Part shown: piece after piece, positions 37,141 through 46,163 of the stretch | Numbering within the stretch: the first letter of the stretch is position 1 | Layout of the letters: each line of letters opens with the position of its first letter | Assembly: GCA_965221775.1 (NCBI GenBank) | Contig: CBDCSU010000006.1 | Span: 64,001 to 128,000 of the forward strand | From: Candidatus Latescibacterota bacterium | GTDB lineage: Bacteria > Latescibacterota > UBA2968 > UBA8231 | DNA: 64,000 nucleotides | Direction of reading: 5' to 3' | The notes under the pieces: generated by a model | Database searches by the model: none | What the model was told of the DNA's origin: nothing | The model's input: the letters and a program-made list of their open reading frames with translations, nothing else | Translations under genes and position numbers: made by a program

Positions 37141-38487
37141 ATGACGAGGACGGACCCGGTCCGCACCGAGGCGGTGCGCCTGCTGGAGGAGGTCGAGTCG
37201 GGCGCCCGGCTCGCACCTCTCCTCGAGGGCCTGGAGAGCCGCTTCGACGGGCGCGACCGGCGCTTCGTCCGCCAGTTGACCTCCGGGGTCCTCCAGTGGC
37301 GAGGCCGCCTCGACTGGATCCTGGCGTCGTTCTCCAGCCGTCCCCTCGACTCCCTGACGCCCCGCGTCCTCCACATCCTGCGCCTTGGCGCCTATCAGTT
37401 GCTCTGGCTCGATCGCGTGCCTCCGAGCGCCGCCGTCCATACCGCCGTCGATCTGGCCCGGCGCCGCGGCCACTCCGGGGCCGCCGGCTTCGTGAACGCC
37501 GTCCTCCGGCGCGTCTCGGCGGAGGGCGCCCGCGTGGCCTACCCGGACCGCGGCGGGGATCCGGAGGGCTACCTGTCCGTCTACCACTCGCACCCGCAGT
37601 GGCTCGTGAGCCGCTGGCTCCACCGCTGGGGGCCGGCCCGCACCGAGGCCTTGCTGCGGGCCAACAACGAGCCGCCGACGCTCTTCGTGCGCCCCGACCC
37701 GCGGTTCGGGAACGCGGAGCGGCTCGTCGAGTCCCTCCCGGAGAGCCTCGGCGCCGTGCTCGTGGACGCCCGACCGGAGGCCTGCCGGCTCGAACGGCCC
37801 GGAGGTTTCTTCGACTCCCATGCCTTTCGTCAGGGACGGTGCTTCGTGCAGGACCTCAACGCCGGACTCGCCGTCGAGCTGCTGGCCCCGAGACCGGGGG
37901 ACCGAGTCCTCGACGCCTGCGCCGCCCCGGGCGGCAAGTCGGTGCAGCTCGCCCTCGCCGCGGGGCCGGTGCGGGTGGCGGCGGGAGACCTGTCCCGGGC
38001 CCGTCTGCGGCGTCTGCGGGAGAACAGGGACCGCATGCGTCTGAAGGGGATCCATCTCTTTGCGGGGGACGCCGCCGCGGGACCCCACCCCCCGGGCGCC
38101 TTCGACCGCGTCCTGGTGGACGCGCCCTGCAGCGGCACGGGCGTCCTGGGGCGGCGGCCCGAGGCGCGCTGGCGCAAGTCGGAGTCCGACCTGGCGCGGC
38201 AGTCGCAGCGGCAGTCGGCCATCCTCGGGGCCGCCTTCGAGGCCCTGAGGCCCGGGGGCCGGCTCGTCTACAGCACCTGCTCCCTCGAGGAAGAGGAGAA
38301 CGACACCGTCGTCGACGGCCTGCTGGCCCGGAGGTCCGACGCCCGCCTGGAGCCGGCCTCGCGGCGGTTCCCCGGCGTCGCCTGGGCGGCGCGCACGATC
38401 CAGACGCTTCCCGGCCGGGAAGCCGGGGACGGCGCCTACGCCGCCCTGATCCACAAGCTCCCCCCCTCCCGCGGAAGGACTCCGTGA
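37141..38487 (+). CDS. rsmB: 16S rRNA m5C967 methyltransferase RsmB
   Basis: NusB-like N-terminus (LRLGAYQL, FVNAVLR), DACAAPGGK, DAPCSGTG and YSTCS. Confidence 0.92.
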   Translation: MTRTDPVRTEAVRLLEEVESGARLAPLLEGLESRFDGRDRRFVRQLTSGVLQWRGRLDWILASFSSRPLDSLTPRVLHILRLGAYQLLWLDRVPPSAAVHTAVDLARRRGHSGAAGFVNAVLRRVSAEGARVAYPDRGGDPEGYLSVYHSHPQWLVSRWLHRWGPARTEALLRANNEPPTLFVRPDPRFGNAERLVESLPESLGAVLVDARPEACRLERPGGFFDSHAFRQGRCFVQDLNAGLAVELLAPRPGDRVLDACAAPGGKSVQLALAAGPVRVAAGDLSRARLRRLRENRDRMRLKGIHLFAGDAAAGPHPPGAFDRVLVDAPCSGTGVLGRRPEARWRKSESDLARQSQRQSAILGAAFEALRPGGRLVYSTCSLEEEENDTVVDGLLARRSDARLEPASRRFPGVAWAARTIQTLPGREAGDGAYAALIHKLPPSRGRTP

Positions 38488-39239
38488 ATCGGCTCCTGCG
38501 CACCCTGTTGACGGTCGCGGCGGCGGCCGGCGGCACCGGCCTTCTGTTCCTGGCGGCCCTCGACAAGCTGATCATGCCCGCCATCGTCCAGGTGCCGATG
38601 GTCACGGTGCCCGACCTGCGCGGCGGCACGGCGGAGGCGGCCCGGGAGCGGGTGGCCGGCGAGGGCCTGCGCCTGGCCCTGCGCGACAGCGTGTTCTCGG
38701 AATCGGCGCCCATGGGCCACATCGTCGACCAGGCGCCGCGGACCGGAGAGGAGATCAAGCGCGCGCGGCGGGTCTTCGTCGACGTCAGCCGGGGTCCGCG
38801 GCTCTACCCGGTGCCGGAGGTCACGGGCGGCAGCGAGCGCGAGGCGGGCCTCAAGATCCAGGGAGGCCAGCTCCGGCGGGGCACCGTCGAGTACGCCTCC
38901 TCCACCACCGTTCCCTCGGGCGTGGTCGTTCGGCAGCGCCCCGCCGCCGGCGAGCGGGTCGAACGCGGGTCCACGGTGCATCTCGTGGTGAGCAGCGGCT
39001 CTCCTTCCGCCCCGAAGCGGGTCCCCGACGTCGTCGGCCTGCCGATCGGCGTCGTGGCCGACAGCCTTCGCAAGTACGAGATGACCCTCGGCACCGTCCG
39101 CCGGCGGACGGTGGACGGGCCGGGCGGAAGGGTGCTGTCCCAGACCCCCGAGGCCGGCGCCCGCGCCACCCGCCACACGGCCGTCGAAGTGGTCGTCAGT
39201 GCGCCGCCCGCCGCCAACGCCGGAGAGGATACCCGATGA
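38484..39239 (+). CDS. Membrane-anchored triple PASTA-domain protein
   Basis: TM segment, then three VP(D/E)xxG...Q.P..G...VS repeats. Confidence 0.88.
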   Translation: MNRLLRTLLTVAAAAGGTGLLFLAALDKLIMPAIVQVPMVTVPDLRGGTAEAARERVAGEGLRLALRDSVFSESAPMGHIVDQAPRTGEEIKRARRVFVDVSRGPRLYPVPEVTGGSEREAGLKIQGGQLRRGTVEYASSTTVPSGVVVRQRPAAGERVERGSTVHLVVSSGSPSAPKRVPDVVGLPIGVVADSLRKYEMTLGTVRRRTVDGPGGRVLSQTPEAGARATRHTAVEVVVSAPPAANAGEDTR

Positions 39240-39895
39240 GCGCCGTCTCCGTCGCCCCCTCCCTCCTGGCCGCCGACTTCGCCCGCCTCGAGAGCGAGAT
39301 CGAGCGCGTGGAGGCGGCGGGCGCCGACTTCCTCCACCTGGACATCATGGACGGCCGCTTCGTCCCCAACCTCAGCTACGGGATCCCCGTGGTCGAGGCC
39401 GTGCGCCGGTGCACGCGCCTGCGGCTCGACACCCACCTGATGCTCGCCGACCCCGGGGCCTACCTCGAGGCCTTCGCCCGGGCCGGGGCCGACTCCCTCA
39501 CGGTCCACGTGGAGATCGACGCCGACCCGGCCCCGCTGCTGGCCGAGATCGGGCGCCTCGGCCTCGGCCGCGGCCTGGCCGTCAACCCCGGCACGCCCGT
39601 GGACCCCCTGCTGCCTCATCTGGAGAGTCTGGACCTGCTGCTGGTGATGTCCGTGGAGCCCGGCTTCGGCGGCCAGTCCTTCATGCCCGAGGTGCTCGAC
39701 AAGGTCCGCGCCCTGTGCGCCGCCCTGGCCGAACGCGGCCTCGATGTCCCCATCGAGATCGACGGCGGCATCGGCCCCGACAACGCCGCCGACTGCCGCG
39801 CCGCGGGGGCCTCCTGGCTGGTGGCCGGGTCGTCCGTCTTCGGCGCCGGGGATGCAGCCGAGGCGATCCGCCGGATCCGCGGGGCGGAGCGCTAG
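39236..39895 (+). CDS. rpe: Ribulose-phosphate 3-epimerase
   Basis: APSLLAADF, HLDIMDGRFVPNL, MSVEPGFGGQ and IDGGI. Confidence 0.97.
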   Translation: MSAVSVAPSLLAADFARLESEIERVEAAGADFLHLDIMDGRFVPNLSYGIPVVEAVRRCTRLRLDTHLMLADPGAYLEAFARAGADSLTVHVEIDADPAPLLAEIGRLGLGRGLAVNPGTPVDPLLPHLESLDLLLVMSVEPGFGGQSFMPEVLDKVRALCAALAERGLDVPIEIDGGIGPDNAADCRAAGASWLVAGSSVFGAGDAAEAIRRIRGAER

Positions 39896-39934
39896 GGGCG
39901 CCTCGGGCGACTGCCGCCGGCCGGAGCCGGGTCC

Positions 39935-41347
39935 TCAGGCCGGGGAAACCCGTGCGGCCGGCTCTTCCGCGGCAGCCTCGCGCGGCTCCCGCGGCTCCAT
40001 GCGCATGGGCATGAGCAGGGCGCCGGGACCGCCATCGCCCACGTCGAAGTGGATGGCCGGCAGGCGGCCCTTCCCGTAGCGGACCCGGATCTCCTCGCCC
40101 GCCTCCCCCAGGGCCGCCACGATCGCCTTCAGGAAGTCGTGGTTGACTCCCACCCGGAGGGATTCTTCCTCCAGACCCGTCACCCGCACCGGGCAGGAGA
40201 CCGAGTGGGTCCATTCAGGCCCCTCGCGATCCAGGTCCGGCGCGGCCTCCTCGACGCGGGCGAATCCCTGGTCCCGGCTCGTCCGCAGCGTCAGCCGGCT
40301 CTCCAGCCCCGACAGGTGGATCTCCACGAGAGGGTTGTAGGCCCATCCCCGGCTGGCCCGGTGCCGGGGCCCCAGGTACGGCTCGATCTCCTCCACGCAG
40401 GCCCTCAGCTCCGCGGTGCCGGCGGCAACGGAGACCGATCCGGGCGGGTGGAGGCCGACAGCCTCCTCGTAGCGCACGTAAGGTCCGGGATGGAGGGGGA
40501 AGGTCACGCCGGCGCCGTCCCCCGTGTTGAGGGCGGCCTCGTCCTCGTCGATCACCAGGGTGCCCCCATCGCCCTCGGGGACCGACTCCGCCGTCACCGA
40601 CTCCAGGATCACGGGGGCCGCCAGCGAGACGAGGCCGCGGCTCGGCCAGATGAGCATTCGGGCGCCGTCGCAGGCCACCATGCGGCCCCCCGCCTCCAGG
40701 CAGATGCACCGCAGGATCCGCCGGTGGTCCCGGCCCTGGAAGCGGGCCAGGTGACGCAGCCCGGTCAGGTCGGAGGCGGTCAGCTCGTAGCTCTGGGAGA
40801 AGCTGGAGTCGGGCATGGCGGTGATCTCCTTGTGAAGTCGTGATCGGGCTTTCTGCAGGCGGCTGCGGACGGTGCCGGTCTCGAGGTCCAGGAGGAGGGC
40901 CGTCTGCCGGTACGAGTAACCCTTCAGGTAGTGGTGGACGATCACCTCCCGGTGGGCGTCGCCGAGCCTCCCCAGGGCCTCCCGCAGAAGGCCGCGGATG
41001 CGCTCCTCCCGGGGTGCCGGCGCCGGCGCCGGGAGCGTCTCGTTCCCGAACCGCGCCAGCAGGTCGAGCTGGGTGAGCCGGCGGCGCTGCCACAGGCGCA
41101 CCTGGTTGTCGGCGATCGAGCGCAGCCAGGCGGGAAAACGGCCGGGGTCGCGCAGCGTCGCCAGCCGCTCCCAGGCGGCCAGGAAGACCTCCTGGAGGAG
41201 GTCCTCCGCCGTCTCCGGCGAACCGAGCCTGGAGGTGATCCGGGCCCGCAGCCAGCCCGCGTGATCTTCCACCAGGCGGCCGAAGGCCTCGGCATCACCC
41301 GCGGCCGCGGCCCGCACCTGCTCTCTCCCGTCCCCGTCCATGGTCAC
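39935..41347 (-). CDS. ECF sigma-70 factor fused to a DnaN (beta sliding clamp) domain II+III-like C-terminal extension
   Basis: Sigma2 AEDLLQEVFLAAW...FPAWLRSIA and sigma4 GYSYRQTA...GTVRSRLQKAR. The extension carries RILRCICLE, MVACDGARM, GPYVRYEEAV, GVNHDFLKAIV and LLMPMR. Confidence 0.8.
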   Translation of the reverse strand: MTMDGDGREQVRAAAAGDAEAFGRLVEDHAGWLRARITSRLGSPETAEDLLQEVFLAAWERLATLRDPGRFPAWLRSIADNQVRLWQRRRLTQLDLLARFGNETLPAPAPAPREERIRGLLREALGRLGDAHREVIVHHYLKGYSYRQTALLLDLETGTVRSRLQKARSRLHKEITAMPDSSFSQSYELTASDLTGLRHLARFQGRDHRRILRCICLEAGGRMVACDGARMLIWPSRGLVSLAAPVILESVTAESVPEGDGGTLVIDEDEAALNTGDGAGVTFPLHPGPYVRYEEAVGLHPPGSVSVAAGTAELRACVEEIEPYLGPRHRASRGWAYNPLVEIHLSGLESRLTLRTSRDQGFARVEEAAPDLDREGPEWTHSVSCPVRVTGLEEESLRVGVNHDFLKAIVAALGEAGEEIRVRYGKGRLPAIHFDVGDGGPGALLMPMRMEPREPREAAAEEPAARVSPA

Positions 41348-41491
41348 CCTGATAGTTGCGCCACCGGACCGGAAGTATCCGGACCCCTTCCGGGATACCC
41401 CTGCCTCCGCTCGGCCCGCCGTGGCGGATCCGCCCCCCTCCGTCTATATTTAGTCGTTTTGCCCCAAGAGGTTACGAGCCCCGGAGGCGGA

Positions 41492-42844
41492 TTGTTCGAG
41501 AGACTGACAGAGCGCTTCGACGATGTCTTCCGCCAGCTGCGCGGCCACGGGCGCATCAGCGAGAAGGCCCTCGACCAGTCCCTGCGCGAGATCCGCCGCG
41601 CCCTCCTCGAGGCGGACGTCAACTTCAAGGTGGCCAGGAGCTTCCTCGGCCGCGTTCGCGAGCGCGCCCTCGGACGCGAGGTCCTGCGCAGCCTCAGCCC
41701 CGGACAGCAGGTGATCAAGGTCGTCCACGAGGAGCTCGTCGCCCTTCTCGGAGGCACCGCCGCGCCGCTGGAGCTGGCGCCGCAGCCGCCGACGGCGGTG
41801 CTCCTCGTCGGTCTGCAGGGCTGCGGCAAGACCACGGTGGCCGCCAAGCTCGCCCGCCACTTCAAGGAGCGGGGGCGCCTCCCGTACCTGGTGGCGGCCG
41901 ACACCTACCGCCCCGCCGCCGTCGAGCAGCTGCGCACCCTCGGGGCCTCCATCGACGTCGGCGTCTTCGGCCCCTCCGAGGCCGGCTCCGAAGACCCGGT
42001 CGAGATCTGCCGCCTCGGCGTGGAGCAGGCCCGCCTCAACAACCGCAGCATCGTCCTCCTCGACACCGCCGGCCGCCTCGGCATCGACGAGGAGATGATG
42101 GCCGAGCTGACGGCCATCCGCGAGGCCGTGCAGCCCCACGAGATCCTCTTCGTCGCCGACGCCATGCTCGGCCAGGACGCGGTGGAGACGGCGAGCCGCT
42201 TCCACGAGCGGCTGGCCTTCCAGGGCGTGGTGCTGACCAAGATGGACTCCGACGCCCGCGGGGGCGCGGCCCTGTCGATCCGCCAGACCACCGGGCAGCC
42301 GATCCGCTACGTCGGCACGGGCGAAACCCTCGAGGGACTGGAGCCCTTCCACCCGGACCGCGTCGCCTCCCGCATCCTGGGGATGGGCGACGTGCTCTCC
42401 CTGGTGGAGAAGGCGGAGCAGAGCTTCGACCGCGAGCAGGCCGCGGCCATGGAGGCTCGCCTGAGCAGGGAGGCCTTCACCTTCGAGGACTTCCAGCAGC
42501 AGCTGCAGGCGGTCCGGGGCATGGGGCCGCTGGACCAGTTGATGGGCATGATCCCCGGCGCCGGCAAGGCGTTGAAGGGGGCCCCCGTCGACGACGGCGC
42601 CTTCACCCGCACCGAGGCGATCATCAACTCCATGACCCTTCAGGAGCGCCGCCGTCCGCAGATCCTCAACGGCAGCCGCCGGCGGCGGATCGCCCGCGGC
42701 AGCGGCACCTCCATCCAGGACGTGAACCGCCTCGTCAAGCAGTTCCACGCCATGCAGAAGATGCTGCGCCAGATGAGCCGGCCGGGGCGCAAGGGACGGG
42801 GCCGGAGGTCCCTGCCCCTGCCCCTGTCCATGCCGGCCCCCTGA
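41492..42844 (+). CDS. ffh: Signal recognition particle protein
   Basis: Start (L/M)FERLTERF, ALLEADV, GLQGCGKTT, DTAGR, TKMD.DARGG and SRRRRIARGSG. Confidence 0.97.
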   Translation: MFERLTERFDDVFRQLRGHGRISEKALDQSLREIRRALLEADVNFKVARSFLGRVRERALGREVLRSLSPGQQVIKVVHEELVALLGGTAAPLELAPQPPTAVLLVGLQGCGKTTVAAKLARHFKERGRLPYLVAADTYRPAAVEQLRTLGASIDVGVFGPSEAGSEDPVEICRLGVEQARLNNRSIVLLDTAGRLGIDEEMMAELTAIREAVQPHEILFVADAMLGQDAVETASRFHERLAFQGVVLTKMDSDARGGAALSIRQTTGQPIRYVGTGETLEGLEPFHPDRVASRILGMGDVLSLVEKAEQSFDREQAAAMEARLSREAFTFEDFQQQLQAVRGMGPLDQLMGMIPGAGKALKGAPVDDGAFTRTEAIINSMTLQERRRPQILNGSRRRRIARGSGTSIQDVNRLVKQFHAMQKMLRQMSRPGRKGRGRRSLPLPLSMPAP

Positions 42845-42887
42845 ATCCACTCCGAACCCCACCACCTACTCCAGGAGCGATCGACAC

Positions 42888-43286
42888 TTGGTCAAGCTTC
42901 GACTCAAGAGAATGGGACGCAGGAAGCGCCCCTTCTACCGCATTGTCGCCACGACGGACAATCTCCCCCGTTCCGGCCACTCGCTGCAGGAGCTGGGCAC
43001 GTACGACCCCGTGCACGCGCGCTTCGAGGTCGACGAGGAGGCCGCCGTGGACTGGCTGAAGAAGGGCGCCCAGATGACCCCCACGGTCCACGACCTGCTG
43101 CGCAGCAAGGGCATCCTCGCCCGCTGGCGCGGCTTCGAGGGCGTCGACCGCCAGGGCGCGCTGACCACGGACAAGCCCAAACGCCGCAAGAAGCTCGGCG
43201 CCGCCGCGCCGGCGGAGGCGGAGGGAGCCCCGGAGGAGTCCCCCGAGGCCGCGTCGGGTGAGGGCGGCGAACCGGCAGAGGAGTAG
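42888..43286 (+). CDS. rpsP: 30S ribosomal protein S16
   Basis: MVKLRLKRMGRRKRPFYRIV, LGTYDP and WLKKGAQ. Confidence 0.97.
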   Translation: MVKLRLKRMGRRKRPFYRIVATTDNLPRSGHSLQELGTYDPVHARFEVDEEAAVDWLKKGAQMTPTVHDLLRSKGILARWRGFEGVDRQGALTTDKPKRRKKLGAAAPAEAEGAPEESPEAASGEGGEPAEE

Positions 43287-43827
43287 GGCCGCCGACGGGC
43301 GGGCGCCGGGACGCGTCGCCGTCGGCTTCGCCCGGCGCGCCAAGGGCGTCCGCGGCGAGGTCCTCGTGGAGCCCCTCACCTGGGACCCCGACCGGTTCGA
43401 CGGGTTGGGCGCCGTGCGGCTCGAGCGCGACGGGCAGCCGGATCTCGAGTTGCGGGTCGAGAGGTGCCGTTCGGGCCCCGGGGGCGTACTGGTGAAGTTC
43501 GCCGGCGTCGACTCCCCGGAGGAGGTGCGGGAGGGGATCACGGGCGGATACCTGACGGTCCCCGGAGATCAGGTCGCCCCGCCTCCCGAGGGCCGCTATT
43601 TCGTCTTCGACGTGATCGGCTGCCGGGTCCGGGACGACCGCGGCCGCTGTCTCGGCGAGGTGACCGAGGTGCTGCAGATGCCGGCCAGCGACGTCTTCGC
43701 GGTGCGGCTGGAGGACGGCGGCGAGATCCTGCTGCCGGCGGTCCGGGACTTCGTGACCCGCATCGACGTGGACCGGCGGCGGATCGACGTGCGGGGCGTC
43801 GAGGCACTGCTGGAGCCGGGAGGCTGA
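43258..43827 (+). CDS. rimM: Ribosome maturation factor RimM
   Basis: GVRGEV, YFVFDVIG, LGEVTEV and ILLP; position between rpsP and trmD. Confidence 0.9.
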   Translation: MRAANRQRSRAADGRAPGRVAVGFARRAKGVRGEVLVEPLTWDPDRFDGLGAVRLERDGQPDLELRVERCRSGPGGVLVKFAGVDSPEEVREGITGGYLTVPGDQVAPPPEGRYFVFDVIGCRVRDDRGRCLGEVTEVLQMPASDVFAVRLEDGGEILLPAVRDFVTRIDVDRRRIDVRGVEALLEPGG

Positions 43828-43828
43828 C

Positions 43829-44602
43829 GTGAGGATCGACGTGGTGACCCTGTTCCCGGGGTTCTTCACCCAGCCCCTGGAGACGAGCATCCTGGGCCGG
43901 GCCGCCGCCGGCGGCCACCTGGAGGTGGCCGTGCACGACCTGCGGTCCTGGGCCACCGACCGGCACCGCACCGTCGACGACGCGCCTTTCGGCGGCGGCG
44001 GCGGCATGCTCATCAAGCCCGAGCCCGTGGCCGCCTGCTGGGAGGACCTGGAACTCCACCGGGGCCTGGGCATCTACCTCACCGCCGACGGCGAGCGTTT
44101 CGGCCAGCAGACGGCGGTGGAGCTGTCGCTGCAGCCGCACCTGGTGCTGCTGTGCGGCCACTACAAGGGGGTGGACGAGCGCCTGCGCGAGCGCTGCATC
44201 GACCGCGAGCTGTCCATCGGCGACTACGTGCTCACCGGCGGCGAGACCGCCGCCCTCGTGGTGATCGATGCCGTGACCCGGCTGCTGCCCGGCGTCCTCG
44301 GCGACTTCAGCTCGGCCATGGCCGACTCGTTCCACGACGGGCTCCTCGACTGCCCGTGGTACACGAGGCCCGCCGAGTTCGACGGCCAGCGCGTCCCCGA
44401 GGAGCTGCTCCGCGGCGACCACGGCGAGGTCGAGGCCTGGCGCCGGCGGCAGGCTCTGCGCCGCACCTTCGAGCGCCGGCCCGACCTGCTGCCCGCGGCG
44501 GACCTGGACGAGAGGGAGCTGCGGCTGGTGCAGGAGTGGTCAAAGGAGCGAGAGGCCGGCGGGGGCCGGTCCCAACCATCACTGGAGAGAGAGAGGGTTT
44601 GA
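43829..44602 (+). CDS. trmD: tRNA (guanine-N1)-methyltransferase TrmD
   Basis: VDDAPFGGGGGM, CGHYKGVDER, SIGDYVLTGGE and YTRP. Confidence 0.97.
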   Translation: MRIDVVTLFPGFFTQPLETSILGRAAAGGHLEVAVHDLRSWATDRHRTVDDAPFGGGGGMLIKPEPVAACWEDLELHRGLGIYLTADGERFGQQTAVELSLQPHLVLLCGHYKGVDERLRERCIDRELSIGDYVLTGGETAALVVIDAVTRLLPGVLGDFSSAMADSFHDGLLDCPWYTRPAEFDGQRVPEELLRGDHGEVEAWRRRQALRRTFERRPDLLPAADLDERELRLVQEWSKEREAGGGRSQPSLERERV

Positions 44603-44950
44603 ATGGACACAGGTATCATGCGGGAGATCACGGCCGACCAGGTGCGCACCGATCTCCCTGAGTTCCTGCCCGGAGACTCGCTGCGCATCCACGTCCGCGT
44701 CATCGAGGGCGAGAAGGAGCGCACCCAGGTCTTCGAGGGAGACGTCATCCAGCGCAAGGGCAGCGGCATCCACGAGACCTTCACCGTCCGCAAGGTGAGC
44801 CAGGGCGTGGCGGTGGAGCGGATCTTCCCCCTGCACTCGCCGCGCATCCTGAGGATCGAGCGCCTGCGCCGGGGCCGCGTGCGCCGGGCGCGCCTGTTCT
44901 ACCTCCGCAACCGCAAGGGACGCTCCGCCCGCATCCGCGAGAAGCGCTGA
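44603..44950 (+). CDS. rplS: 50S ribosomal protein L19
   Basis: [27 protein letters not shown] and [12 protein letters not shown]. Confidence 0.97.
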   Translation: MDTGIMREITADQVRTDLPEFLPGDSLRIHVRVIEGEKERTQVFEGDVIQRKGSGIHETFTVRKVSQGVAVERIFPLHSPRILRIERLRRGRVRRARLFYLRNRKGRSARIREKR

Positions 44951-44961
44951 AGGAGAGCCCC

Positions 44962-45219
44962 GTGTCAGCACCTCCCGCACTGCCTTTCACCCGCCGGAAC
45001 TGGATCCTCTTCCTCGCCGGCCTGGGGGTCATCGCCGTCGGCTACGTGCTGCTGCGCATCCCCCCGGTCGATGGATTCCTGTCCCTCACGGCGGCGCCCA
45101 TCCTGCTGGTGGCCGGCTACTGCGTGATCCTGCCGGCGGCGATCCTGGTCCGCCACCGCAACCGCAACGGCGGCGGTGAGACGACCGGCGATTCCGAGGC
45201 CGGTGAGCCGCGATCATGA
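44962..45219 (+). CDS. Small two-TM membrane protein (DUF3098-like)
   Basis: FTRRNWILF..GL..I..GY and SLTAAPILLVAGY. Confidence 0.7.
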   Translation: MSAPPALPFTRRNWILFLAGLGVIAVGYVLLRIPPVDGFLSLTAAPILLVAGYCVILPAAILVRHRNRNGGGETTGDSEAGEPRS

Positions 45220-46040
45220 CGGAAGCCACCCTCCCCCACCCCGCGGGCCTCTACAACGCCGAGCGCGCCGCCCGGCTGGTGGAGAGTCTCGACTCCGTCG
45301 GCGAGGCGGAACGCGCCTTCTTCCACGACCAGGGTTACCTGGCCGTGCGCCGGGCCGTCTCCCGGCAGCGGATCCGGGCCGCGTCGGCCGCAGTGGACTC
45401 CCTCATCGACGGCGGCGATCCCTCGTTCCGCGGCGTGCAGTTCGAGGCCGGCGGCCGCCGGCAGGCGACGATTCGCCGACGCCGGCTGGGCGTGCGCAAG
45501 CTGATGAAGTTCGTCGACTACCATCCGGCGCTGAAGGAGCTGAGCGAGGACCCGGACCTGCTGGGCCTGGTGAGCTACCTCATGGATGGGCAGACCCCGC
45601 GGATGTTCCAGGACATGGCTCTGCTCAAGCCGCCGGGGGGCCGGGAGAAGCCCTGGCACCAGGACATGGCCTACTTCAACGTGTCGCTGGACACGCCCGT
45701 CATCGGCCTGTGGATCGCCCTCGACGAGGCGACAGCGGCCAACGGCGCCCTCCACGTCATCCCCGGTTCCCACCGCGAGGGCCCGAGGAACCACTTCAGC
45801 CGCCGCGACTGGCAGATCTGCGACACCGACGTCGCCCCCGGCCGCGACGTGGTCGTGCCCCTCCCCCCGGGGGGCATCCTCCTGTGGCACGGCCTGACCC
45901 ACCACGGCAGTCCGGTGAACCACTCCCGCCGCCGGCGACGGGCCCTGCAGTTCCACTACCGGCCCGCCGCCGCCGAAGAGACCACCACCGAGGAACGGAT
46001 GCAGGTCTACGGCGGCGAGGTGCGCGGCGCCGAGTGCTGA
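45216..46040 (+). CDS. Phytanoyl-CoA dioxygenase family Fe/2OG enzyme
   Basis: KPWHQD, WIALD, NGALHVIPGSH and HHGS..N.S...RRA. Confidence 0.9.
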   Translation: MTEATLPHPAGLYNAERAARLVESLDSVGEAERAFFHDQGYLAVRRAVSRQRIRAASAAVDSLIDGGDPSFRGVQFEAGGRRQATIRRRRLGVRKLMKFVDYHPALKELSEDPDLLGLVSYLMDGQTPRMFQDMALLKPPGGREKPWHQDMAYFNVSLDTPVIGLWIALDEATAANGALHVIPGSHREGPRNHFSRRDWQICDTDVAPGRDVVVPLPPGGILLWHGLTHHGSPVNHSRRRRRALQFHYRPAAAEETTTEERMQVYGGEVRGAEC

Positions 46041-46163
46041 CCGGACCTTCCTGAGCCGAACCACCGGGAGTCGAGGGGTCACCGCTCCCGCTCTCCCGGT
46101 GCCGCGGGCCTGCGGGCACGGGCTTTGCCGACGCCCGGTCGCGACGCCCGCCGGAGCGGGACC

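Noticed and set aside
39935-40816. The genome's real dnaN
   Set aside because: It is too short (domain I missing), highly diverged, fused to a sigma factor and lacks dnaA/recF/gyrB context.
46062-46101. Hairpin CACCGGGAG/CTCCCGGTG between convergent genes
   Set aside because: A 9-bp stem with a 22-nt loop and no U-tract is too weak to call in such GC-rich DNA.
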